NCBI GenBank assembly: GCA_964652165.1
Contig: CAZZAQ010000002.1
Location: 1-25,306 of the forward strand
DNA from: an uncultured Bifidobacterium sp.
Lineage (GTDB): Bacteria; Verrucomicrobiota; Verrucomicrobiia; Limisphaerales; JADJPG01
DNA: 25,306 nucleotides
Reading direction: 5' to 3'
Part shown: positions 16,931 through 24,399 of the stretch, in pieces
Layout: every line of letters begins with the position of its first letter
Numbering within the stretch: the stretch's first letter is position 1
Notes under the pieces: generated by a model
Databases searched by the model: none
Seen by the model: only the letters and a program-made list of their open reading frames with translations
What the model was told of the DNA's origin: nothing
Translations under genes and position numbers: made by a program

Positions 16931-17597
16931 ATTCCCGATGCCGCTTAATGGTCTGGTCAGACCCGCAAAGGAAATCCAGGTCGCGCTTAAACTTCTCGTA
17001 GGCTTCGTAGCCACTGGTGTCCTGCTCAATTCTAAAGTTACTTGCGGCTGGATAAAGTTTGGCGGCCCGTCGTGCGCGTACCGCCGTGCGGTAGAGTTCA
17101 CTAACAATTTCACGACCATCCTTGTCGAAGCCTCGGAGTTTCCACCGTACAATAAGAAATGGAATCCTCTCATCCACCACCTTGGGCCAAGAAGCGTCGA
17201 AAGCGAGTGGGTAACGCCTCATCCAGTGAACCAGCCCGGCCAAGGAAGCCGAGACACCTAGAAGAATGAGAAACGGCCTCTGCATCTTCCGCCGGGTTTC
17301 CCAGCGGTACAAATCGATCAGATCAGCTGTACCGACAGCCGGATTGATTTCGTTGGTTGTATATCCACTCGCTTTCAAGAAACTTTCGCCGCGTCTCCGC
17401 GAATCTTCCTTTAGATAGTTCAAGAATTCCTCTGCCACAGGGTCTGGAGGAACCCGAAAACCCGCCAGCCAGCCGCCCGTTCCCGCAAGGGCAAGAGCAA
17501 GAAACGTATTCTTCCAAAAGGTCAGCTTTCGCCACAGACGCCTTGGATTGAAAGCCGCGCCCGGCGAGGCTGTTGCTCCAAGTTGCGCGTTTGCCAT
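16914..17597 (-). CDS. Hypothetical membrane protein with two predicted TM segments (227 aa from ATG 17597; alternative TTG start at 17612)
   Basis: Hydrophobic FLALALAGTGGWLAGF and FLILLGVSASLAGLVHW segments; fills the space between repeat copies 2 and 3; stop codon lies inside copy 2. Confidence 0.7.
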   Translation of the reverse strand: MANAQLGATASPGAAFNPRRLWRKLTFWKNTFLALALAGTGGWLAGFRVPPDPVAEEFLNYLKEDSRRRGESFLKASGYTTNEINPAVGTADLIDLYRWETRRKMQRPFLILLGVSASLAGLVHWMRRYPLAFDASWPKVVDERIPFLIVRWKLRGFDKDGREIVSELYRTAVRARRAAKLYPAASNFRIEQDTSGYEAYEKFKRDLDFLCGSDQTIKRHREWGSKN

Positions 17598-17627
17598 TTC
17601 GCCTTTCTTCAACTATTCCTTGCTACT

Positions 17628-17709
17628 GAAAGGGGTACACAATCGACAATGAGTCATGCAGTTGGGCGGAGGACACTACAGCCGACGGGGATTGTCAATT
17701 GTTAGAACC
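17628..17709. repeat. Cassette-delimiting repeat, copy 3
   Basis: GAAAGGGGTACACAATCGACAATGAGTCATGCAGTTGGGCGGAGGACACTACAGCCGACGGGGATTGTCAATTGTTAGAACC. Confidence 0.9.
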
Positions 17710-17764
17710 TGTTTCGGTTCGCCGCTTGAGTTCTCTCCGATTATCGCCGTAGATCTCAGAAGTC

Positions 17765-19735
17765 ATGTTGACTCTTTCCGGCATCCGCAAAACCTTCGGC
17801 GGGCGCGTCCTGTTCGACGACGTCACGCTCCAGGTCAACCGCGGCGACCGCATCGGGCTGGTCGGCCCGAACGGCGCGGGCAAGACCACCCTCTTTTCCA
17901 TCATCCTCGGCGAGCAGTCGGCCGACGCCGGCGAGATCTCGCGGGAACGCAACCTCTCCGTCGGCTATCTGCCGCAGGAAAGCGGGCCGGTTGGAGACGA
18001 AACCGTCATCGAACTGGCCACGGCCATCACGCCCGAGTTCACGCGGCTCCGGCGCATCCTCAAGGCGTGGGACGCCAATCATCCGGTCCAGGCCGCGCAT
18101 CCGGAGGAGATCCACGACGACGTGCACGACCGCTTCAACGAACTGGGCGGCTACCGGCTCGAAGCCAGGGCCAAGCAAATTCTCGCCGGCCTCGCTTTCC
18201 GCGAGCGCGACTTCGACCGGCCCGCCCGCGAGATGAGCGGCGGCTGGGTCATGCGCGCCCACCTCGCCCGCCTGCTCACGCAGGAGCCGGACCTCCTGAT
18301 GCTCGACGAGCCGACGAACCATCTCGACCTGCACACGCTGCTCTGGTTTCAAGGCTGCCTCAAGAGCTATCCCGGCGGCATCCTGATCATCTCGCACGAT
18401 CGCGAGCTCCTCAACGACCTCGTCGGCCACGTCGTGGAGATTCGCCAAAGCCGGCTCATCCATTACCGCGGCAACTACGACGATTACCTCGTCCAGCGCG
18501 AGGCCTTCGAGCAACAGCAACTGGCCGCCTTCAAGCACCAGGAGCGCGAGATCGGCCGGCTGATGGAGTTCGTCAACCGTTTTCGCGCCAAGAACACCAA
18601 GGCCACGCAAGCCCAGGCCAAGCTCAAACAAATCGACCGCATGGAGAAGGTCGCCGCGCCCACGGCCGACGACAAGAAGATCGACTTCGAGTTCCCGCAG
18701 CCGCAGCGCAGCGGCCGGCGCGTCATCAAGCTGGAGAACATTCACCAGGCCTACGGCGAGAACGTCGTTTATCGCGGGATGAACTTCGAGGCCGAGCGCG
18801 GCCAGCGCATCGTGCTTGTCGGCCCCAACGGCGCGGGCAAATCGACGCTGCTAAAGCTCCTCGCCGACGTGCTCCAGCCGCAGTCCGGCACGCGCGTCCT
18901 AGGTCACAACGCCCGGTCCGGCTACTATTCGCAATATCGCGTGGACGTGCTGAACCCGGCGCGCAGCGTGCTCGACGAGGCGCTCGACACGCCGCAACGC
19001 GTCACCGAACAGTTCGTCCGCACGCTGCTCGGCTCCTTTCTCTTCCGCGGCGACGACGTGTTCAAGAAAGTCAGCGTCCTGAGCGGCGGCGAGAAAAGCC
19101 GGCTCGCCCTGGTGAAGCTCCTGCTCGACCCGCCGAACCTTCTGCTGATGGACGAACCGACCACGCACCTGGACATGGCGAGCATCGACGCGCTGGCCTT
19201 CGCGCTCGATCAATTCGAGGGCACGCTCATTTTCATCAGCCACGACGTCTATTTCATCCGCGCGCTGGCCAACCACGTCGTCCACATCGACGCCGGCCGG
19301 CTGACGCATTATCCCGGGCCGTACCAATATTACCTGGACAAGACCAAGGCCGGGTCCGAGCGCGCCGCGCTGACGGCTCGCGGCAGGGACGCGCTGCCGC
19401 GCGTCCTTGATCGAGCCAGAGGGGACGAGGACGCGCGGCAGCGCGTCCCTACCGCATCGCGCAGGGAGCAGAAGCGCCACGAGGCCGAGACCCGCCAGGC
19501 GCGCTCGCGCTCGCGCAAGGCGCAACAGCAGGTCGTTCACAAGCTGGAGAAGCAGATTCAGGAACTCGAAGCCCGCCAGACCGAACTGACCGCCGGCCTG
19601 GAGAAGCCCGAGACATACGAGAAGCCCCTCCAGGCCGTTTCGATCAATCGCGAGCTGGCCGGCGTCCAGGAAGACCTCGCCACCCTGACCGCGCAGTGGG
19701 AAGGAGAGGCCACGAAACTCGCTGCGTTGGAATAG
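17765..19735 (+). CDS. ABC-F family ATP-binding protein (ribosome-associated, Uup/YheS-like) with C-terminal coiled coil
   Basis: Two NBDs (GPNGAGKT / GPNGAGKS; MSGGWVMR / LSGGEKSR; LDEPTNHLD / MDEPTTHLD), no TM segments, interdomain linker and C-terminal helical hairpin. Confidence 0.95.
   Translation: MLTLSGIRKTFGGRVLFDDVTLQVNRGDRIGLVGPNGAGKTTLFSIILGEQSADAGEISRERNLSVGYLPQESGPVGDETVIELATAITPEFTRLRRILKAWDANHPVQAAHPEEIHDDVHDRFNELGGYRLEARAKQILAGLAFRERDFDRPAREMSGGWVMRAHLARLLTQEPDLLMLDEPTNHLDLHTLLWFQGCLKSYPGGILIISHDRELLNDLVGHVVEIRQSRLIHYRGNYDDYLVQREAFEQQQLAAFKHQEREIGRLMEFVNRFRAKNTKATQAQAKLKQIDRMEKVAAPTADDKKIDFEFPQPQRSGRRVIKLENIHQAYGENVVYRGMNFEAERGQRIVLVGPNGAGKSTLLKLLADVLQPQSGTRVLGHNARSGYYSQYRVDVLNPARSVLDEALDTPQRVTEQFVRTLLGSFLFRGDDVFKKVSVLSGGEKSRLALVKLLLDPPNLLLMDEPTTHLDMASIDALAFALDQFEGTLIFISHDVYFIRALANHVVHIDAGRLTHYPGPYQYYLDKTKAGSERAALTARGRDALPRVLDRARGDEDARQRVPTASRREQKRHEAETRQARSRSRKAQQQVVHKLEKQIQELEARQTELTAGLEKPETYEKPLQAVSINRELAGVQEDLATLTAQWEGEATKLAALE
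19385..19450. repeat. REP doublet inserted in frame inside the ABC-F CDS
   Basis: Perfect 23-bp inverted repeat AGGGACGCGCTGCCGCGCGTCCT (19385-19407) / AGGACGCGCGGCAGCGCGTCCCT (19428-19450) followed by AC, giving a CTAC end. Confidence 0.88.
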
Positions 19736-19828
19736 GCATTCGGCGGATCCCACTGTTCCATGCGCTGATGGCGTTTCTACAGGCGTTGTGAGGTGCGAAC
19801 TGCCCCGCTTGCACTCCTTGCCCGAAGA

Positions 19829-19857
19829 TTGACCGCCTGCGGCGCGGTGCGTAATCT
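19829..19857 (+). promoter_or_regulatory. Putative sigma70-type promoter upstream of a 67-aa ORF and the ATPase gene
   Basis: TTGACC(19829-19834)-17 nt-TAATCT(19852-19857)-6 nt-ATG(19864). Confidence 0.55.
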
Positions 19858-19863
19858 CCGCCA

Positions 19864-20067
19864 ATGCCGCCCCAAAACTGTGCTGGCGCCACTGACTCCC
19901 TCGCCCCCTCCGAGGGGGAGAGGGCCGGGGTGAGGGGCCGTCGCTCCGCCCTCCGCGAAATCGACCGCTTCTTCAAAGCCGACCACGCCGTCATCTTCTC
20001 CCCTCACCGTCCGCGAAATTCTGGAAGAGCAGATTGCAAGGAAGCTGCCTTAGAAACTTCATCGTGA
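19864..20067 (+). other. Short ORF (67 aa) running through a REP; possible gene remnant
   Basis: ATG sits at the expected +1 of the promoter; the segment LREIDRFFKADHAVIFSP has host-like codons, but the ORF contains a REP and no family is recognisable. Confidence 0.25.
19898..19937. repeat. REP (CCCCTCACCCCGGCCCTCTCCC family), reverse orientation
   Basis: CCCTCGCCCCCTCCGAGGGGGAGAGGGCCGGGGTGAGGGG; 19914-19937 is the perfect reverse complement of 21978-22001. Confidence 0.85.
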
Positions 20068-20126
20068 TTTTCGATTGTATGAATTGATGCCATCCTCAGA
20101 ATAGTCGCAGCAAACAGAATGAAGCT

Positions 20127-21797
20127 ATGAAAGCACAACTCTTCGATGCAGGCGTGGACAGGCTTGCCACGCTCTTGGAGGAAGGTGCTCGCGCTTCAAG
20201 GAGATCGGTCCACAGGTTTGTGGAACCGATGCGCGGAACACTCAAGCGTGCCCAAAGCAATCGCCATCAAATCGTTTTTGGGAGGCGTGGATCGGGCAAG
20301 AGCAGCTTGCTGTACAAAACGGCTCACGATCTTTCCAGCAAAGGGTACCCAGTCGCGTCAATTGACTTAGAGCCGTTCAAAGGGCACCATTACCCCGACA
20401 TCCTAATCAGCGTACTCTTGGCAACGCTTATGAAGCTGGAAAAGTGGCTCCTAATTCAACCAGTCCAAAAGGGAGACAGGGTGTGGTGGACAGCCGGGAT
20501 CGCAAGACGGAAGTCAGAGAAGGAGCTTCAAATAGCAAAACTGAACGCCCTCCTCAAAACATTCATCAACGAACTAAAACAACAACTTCACCTTACTGAT
20601 TCCTCCAAGCTGACCAGCGTTGTCGAGCACGCAGAATCGGCCAAATCGCAAGCGAAAGCCAAGTCACAAGCAGGCGTAAGAATCGCAGGGCTTGACGAAA
20701 GTATAGAAGCTGAGATCGCAGGTGAGCAACAGCAGTCCTTGAAAACGGCAACAAATGAAGAGTCAAAGAGGTCGAAAATCGACTTCTTACATCGTAGGAT
20801 CCTCGATTATCAGGAACTGTTTTCTACTCTTACCGAGCTAACGGACTCTGACTGCTACTTATTCCTAGACGATCTGTATCAGATTATTCGCACAGACCAA
20901 GCTCGGTTATTGGATTATTTTCATCGAATAGCCAAAGGGCAGAATGTCTGGCTAAAGGTGGGAACAATCAAGCATCGCTCTTCGTGGTATCTACATTCGC
21001 CTCAGCCGATGGGGCTCAAGCTCGGCGACGATGCAGATGATATCAACTTGGATCTAACTTTGGAGAAGTTCTCGGGAACGCGAACGTTTTTGAGCGAGAT
21101 ACTTGACGCCTATATTCAAGGAGCACATGCTCCTCGGCGAAATGCCCTAGTTTCTGAAACCGGGATGGAGCGTCTCATAATCGCAAGCGGAGGTGTTCCT
21201 AGGGATTTCTTGGCTTTGTTTCGTAGGTCAATCGGCGAGGCACGCGAGAGGCTCACTCGCGACCCTCAACATCCTCGCGGCGGAAAGATCGGCGCGGAAG
21301 ATGTGAATATGGCGGCCGGGGAGTATGGGGATAGGAAAAAAGAGGAATTCCAGAAGGATACATCTGAGGACGATGGACCACTTCAAGAAGCATTTGAAAA
21401 GATTCGTCTTTTCTGCCTTCAGCGCAATCGGTCAAACGTCTTCCTCATCGAGCAAGATGGCAACGCCGTTGATTTCGACCGCGTTCAAGAGTTAATCGAC
21501 TTACGCTTGGTACACCACGTAAAATCGCGCGTTACTGTGCCCAACATGACTGGGAAAGTGTTCCGGGCGTTGCTGCTCGATTTCTCTCAATACACTGGCG
21601 CGCGGAAACAGAGCAATATTGAGATAATTGAGTTTTGGAAGGGTGACAGGGAGACGCTCCGGAAACTGGTCTTGATTTATGATCCGAGGGTCGCTCTGGA
21701 GGATTTACAAAAGCAGATCGAGGAGTCGCGGGCGAAATCCGAACGGACAGCTGCGTCCCCCAACTTACAGCCGGAGTTAGAGCTTCCCGGTGTGTAA
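20127..21797 (+). CDS. Stand-alone P-loop NTPase (STAND / ORC-CDC6-like), lower-GC accessory gene
   Basis: Walker A GRRGSGKS, Walker B YLFLDD, ASGGVPRDF helical-module motif, C-terminal winged-helix-like ELIDLRLVHHV; codon usage differs from neighbours. Confidence 0.85.
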   Translation: MKAQLFDAGVDRLATLLEEGARASRRSVHRFVEPMRGTLKRAQSNRHQIVFGRRGSGKSSLLYKTAHDLSSKGYPVASIDLEPFKGHHYPDILISVLLATLMKLEKWLLIQPVQKGDRVWWTAGIARRKSEKELQIAKLNALLKTFINELKQQLHLTDSSKLTSVVEHAESAKSQAKAKSQAGVRIAGLDESIEAEIAGEQQQSLKTATNEESKRSKIDFLHRRILDYQELFSTLTELTDSDCYLFLDDLYQIIRTDQARLLDYFHRIAKGQNVWLKVGTIKHRSSWYLHSPQPMGLKLGDDADDINLDLTLEKFSGTRTFLSEILDAYIQGAHAPRRNALVSETGMERLIIASGGVPRDFLALFRRSIGEARERLTRDPQHPRGGKIGAEDVNMAAGEYGDRKKEEFQKDTSEDDGPLQEAFEKIRLFCLQRNRSNVFLIEQDGNAVDFDRVQELIDLRLVHHVKSRVTVPNMTGKVFRALLLDFSQYTGARKQSNIEIIEFWKGDRETLRKLVLIYDPRVALEDLQKQIEESRAKSERTAASPNLQPELELPGV

Positions 21798-21885
21798 TCA
21801 GGAAGGAGTCAGAATGGGAATGGCGCGCGGCAGGATGGAAGCAGCTCCTGCGGCGCATTTTGGTGTCCCACTAAAGGCAGCCTCA

Positions 21886-21972
21886 CCGCCCGCCTACTAC
21901 GCTTCCGCCCAGGGCCAAACCGGCGCGGTGCTCCGGCTGGCGTTGCACGACATCATCAAGGGCCAGGAATAG
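21886..21972 (+). pseudogene. Remnant of the N-terminus of an endonuclease I (EndA/Bsn-like) family nuclease domain
   Basis: PPAYYASAQGQTGAVLRLALHDIIKGQE* resembles the YYxxAxGxTGxxLxxALHDIIxGH start of that family (recalled pattern, not a database hit); preceded by degenerate signal-peptide-like sequence. Confidence 0.5.
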
Positions 21973-21977
21973 CGAAT

Positions 21978-22529
21978 CCCCTCACCCCGGCCCTCTCCCC
22001 CGGTGGGGCGAGTGAGTGAACCCACACCCGGCCCTCATAAGCTTCGTAGCATCCGGCGTGAGCCGGATCATTCTAATTGGCCAGGAGATCAGATCCGGCT
22101 CACGCCGGATGCTACGGTTCAGGGGGCGCGCCGTTCGGAACCCAAAACGAACTTCAACGTGTTCGGCGGCTGGAACCGGGAGCATCGACAGGGCCGTAGG
22201 CCCGTCATGTGACAGCCTGGGCTGGAGCGAGCATCGCGAGCGGAGGCCCAGGTAACGTGCCCCATAAAATCCCCTGAGGCCTGATAGGCCGGAACCATTC
22301 TGCGGCGTTCCGCCTCTCGCCCAACGTCCCGCCCTTACAGGGCGGGCAGATTCGTTTGGGATGTTTACCTGGGGCTTCGCGCTCCGCGCTTCACCCCAGG
22401 CTGTCACATCACGGGCTTTCAGCCCTGCCGCCCAGGGCCAAACCGGCGCGGTGTTCCGGCCGGCGTTGCACGATACCATCAAGGGCCAGCCTTAACTCGA
22501 ATTCGCGCGGACAAGGCTGTCCGCGCTCC
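21978..22529. repeat. REP mosaic (BIME-like cluster of at least 4 different palindrome families)
   Basis: CCCCTCACCCCGGCCCTCTCCCCC (21978-22001); perfect 25-bp inverted repeat 22045-22069/22092-22116; 21-bp inverted repeat 22201-22221/22395-22415; hairpin GCGCGGACAAGGCTGTCCGCGC 22505-22526. Confidence 0.85.
22428..22489 (+). repeat. Second copy of a 62-bp direct repeat (first copy 21905-21966)
   Basis: 58/62 identical by manual alignment; translates AQGQTGAVFRPALHDTIKGQ. Confidence 0.9.
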
Positions 22530-22683
22530 TGTATCGGCCGGTTCTTGAATCCGCCCAGCCCGCGCGCTGAAGGGCCACGAGTTCGGACTGGACTTGGCGG
22601 AGGCCGGGCGCAAGGCTCTGGCTGCATTTCTAAAGACCTTTTGGCCGTGAAAACCCGATAGACCGTCGATACGCCGAGTTCCT

Positions 22684-24093
22684 ATGAAGTCCTGCCTCCC
22701 CTGCGCCCTCCTCGTTGCTTGTTCGACCTCGTTGGCCGCCGTTCCGCAGTGGCCCCAATTCCGCGGGCCAAATTCCTCCGGCGTCGCGGAGGGCGACAAA
22801 CCGCCGCTCGAGTTCGGCCCGGGCACGAACCTGCTCTGGAAAATCGACGTGCCCGCCGGCCTCTCCTCACCTTGCGTGTGGGGCGACCGAATCTTTCTCA
22901 CGGCCGCGGAAGACGGGAAGATGCTGACGCTGGCGGTAAATCGAAGTGACGGAAAGATCCTCTGGCGCCAGACCGTCACGGCCGACAAGCCCAAGGAGAT
23001 TCACAAGAGGAACCATCCCGCCGCTGCCACACCGGCGACGGACGGCAAGAGTCTGTGCGTCTATCACGCCACCTTCGGACTGGTGGCCTACGACTTCGAC
23101 GGCCGCGAGCTGTGGCGCAAGCCGATGCCCGGACTCCTCGCGCGCAACGGCAGCGGCACTTCGCCCGCGATGGTCGACGGCCGGCTGGTGCTCAACTGTG
23201 ACGTTGAGGAGGGCAAGTCGTTCATCGCCGCCTTCGAGCCGGCGACCGGCAAGGAACACTGGCGCACGCCGCGCGCGGAGTTTGCGAGCGGCTACACCAC
23301 GCCCGTTGGCTGGCAAAAGGATGGGCGCGACGAAATTGTCATCGTGGGCAGCTTGCGCGTGGCCGCTTACGGCCTGCGCGACGGCAAGCAGCGCTGGAGC
23401 CTTCCGGGCACGGAAGCGGTAAGCGTCTGCCCCACGCCCGTGCTCGGCGACGGACAACTTTACGTCATGTCCCGGAGCATGAGCGGGATGAAGATGCCGG
23501 CCTTCGCGCTGTTCGCGCTGAGCGTGGACAAGGACGCCGACGGAAAAATCTCCCGCGATGAAATCCCAAAGCAGTTCATCGAGCAGGGCATGTTCAGCGG
23601 CGTGGACCGCAATCAGGACGGCTTTATCACGGAGAAGGAATGGAACGAAGCCACGGCGTTTCTTAACCAGGCCGACTATGGCATTTTTGCCCTCAAACCG
23701 TCCGGCCCCGGCGAACTGACGACCAACCACGTCACCTGGAAGCACAAGAAAGGCGTGGCGTCGGTCTCCTCGCCGCTGTTCTACCGTGGCCGCGTTTACG
23801 TGGCGCAAGACGGCGGCCGTGTCACCTGCTTCAACGCGAAGTCTGGCGAGAAGTATTTCGAACAGGAACGCCTCGGGGCCGAGGGCGACTACTACGCCTC
23901 GCCCATTGCCGCCAACGGGCATGTCTATTTTTCCTCCGGCAAAGGCGCCGTGACCGTCGTCGAAGCCGGCGACACGCTTCAAATCAAGGCCCGAAATCTT
24001 CTTGGCGAGCCCATCCACGCCACTCCGGCCATCGTGGAAGACAAACTTTACGTGCGCACGGCGGAGCGCCTTTGGGCGTTTGGCGGCAAGTAG
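22684..24093 (+). CDS. Exported PQQ-binding-like (BamB-type) beta-propeller protein with inserted EF-hand pair
   Basis: Signal peptide; WPQFRGPNSSG, SSPCVWGDRIF, ATPATDG, YTTP, SSPLFY, YASPIAANG, ATPAIVEDKLYVRT blades; EF loops DKDADGKISRDE and DRNQDGFITEKE. Confidence 0.9.
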   Translation: MKSCLPCALLVACSTSLAAVPQWPQFRGPNSSGVAEGDKPPLEFGPGTNLLWKIDVPAGLSSPCVWGDRIFLTAAEDGKMLTLAVNRSDGKILWRQTVTADKPKEIHKRNHPAAATPATDGKSLCVYHATFGLVAYDFDGRELWRKPMPGLLARNGSGTSPAMVDGRLVLNCDVEEGKSFIAAFEPATGKEHWRTPRAEFASGYTTPVGWQKDGRDEIVIVGSLRVAAYGLRDGKQRWSLPGTEAVSVCPTPVLGDGQLYVMSRSMSGMKMPAFALFALSVDKDADGKISRDEIPKQFIEQGMFSGVDRNQDGFITEKEWNEATAFLNQADYGIFALKPSGPGELTTNHVTWKHKKGVASVSSPLFYRGRVYVAQDGGRVTCFNAKSGEKYFEQERLGAEGDYYASPIAANGHVYFSSGKGAVTVVEAGDTLQIKARNLLGEPIHATPAIVEDKLYVRTAERLWAFGGK

Positions 24094-24231
24094 TGGCAGC
24101 GCCGGCTTTTCGCAGGGGGGCTGCTGCATTCAGAAACCTTCACCAACATCCTTGGGTAGGAGCGCGGCTGTGGCGAAGCCCGGATGGAGCGGATTGCTTT
24201 GTTCCCTCAGTGTCCGAGGCACGCCATGCGG

Positions 24232-24277
24232 GTAGCGCAGACAGCCCTGTCTGCTGTTTCGCCGACTGCCAGTCGGC
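24232..24277. repeat. Single (half) REP, GTAG class
   Basis: GTAGCGCAGACAGCCCTGTCTGCTGTTTCGCCGACTGCCAGTCGGC: GTAG followed by two short hairpins. Confidence 0.6.
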
Positions 24278-24399
24278 GATGACCGTGCTTGCCAACCAAC
24301 GGTCCGTTCAGCGGCCGGCGAAAGTCCCAACTCGAATCAAGCCAGCGCCACCCCCCCCGCGCCGCCCACGAATCCCGACCCGCCCACCGCGACGGCCCG

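Noticed and set aside
17661-17700. Repeat element acting as a sigma70 promoter (TTGACA ... TAGTGT on the minus strand)
   Set aside because: The spacer is only 14 nt, too short for a canonical promoter.
15543-17709. CRISPR array interpretation of the three direct repeats
   Set aside because: Spacers are 0.7-1.2 kb and contain whole genes, repeats are longer than 50 nt and variable, and no cas genes are present.
21982-22661. ORFs across the REP mosaic (166 aa, 101 aa, 79 aa, 69 aa)
   Set aside because: They translate palindromic repeats and have no protein-like composition.
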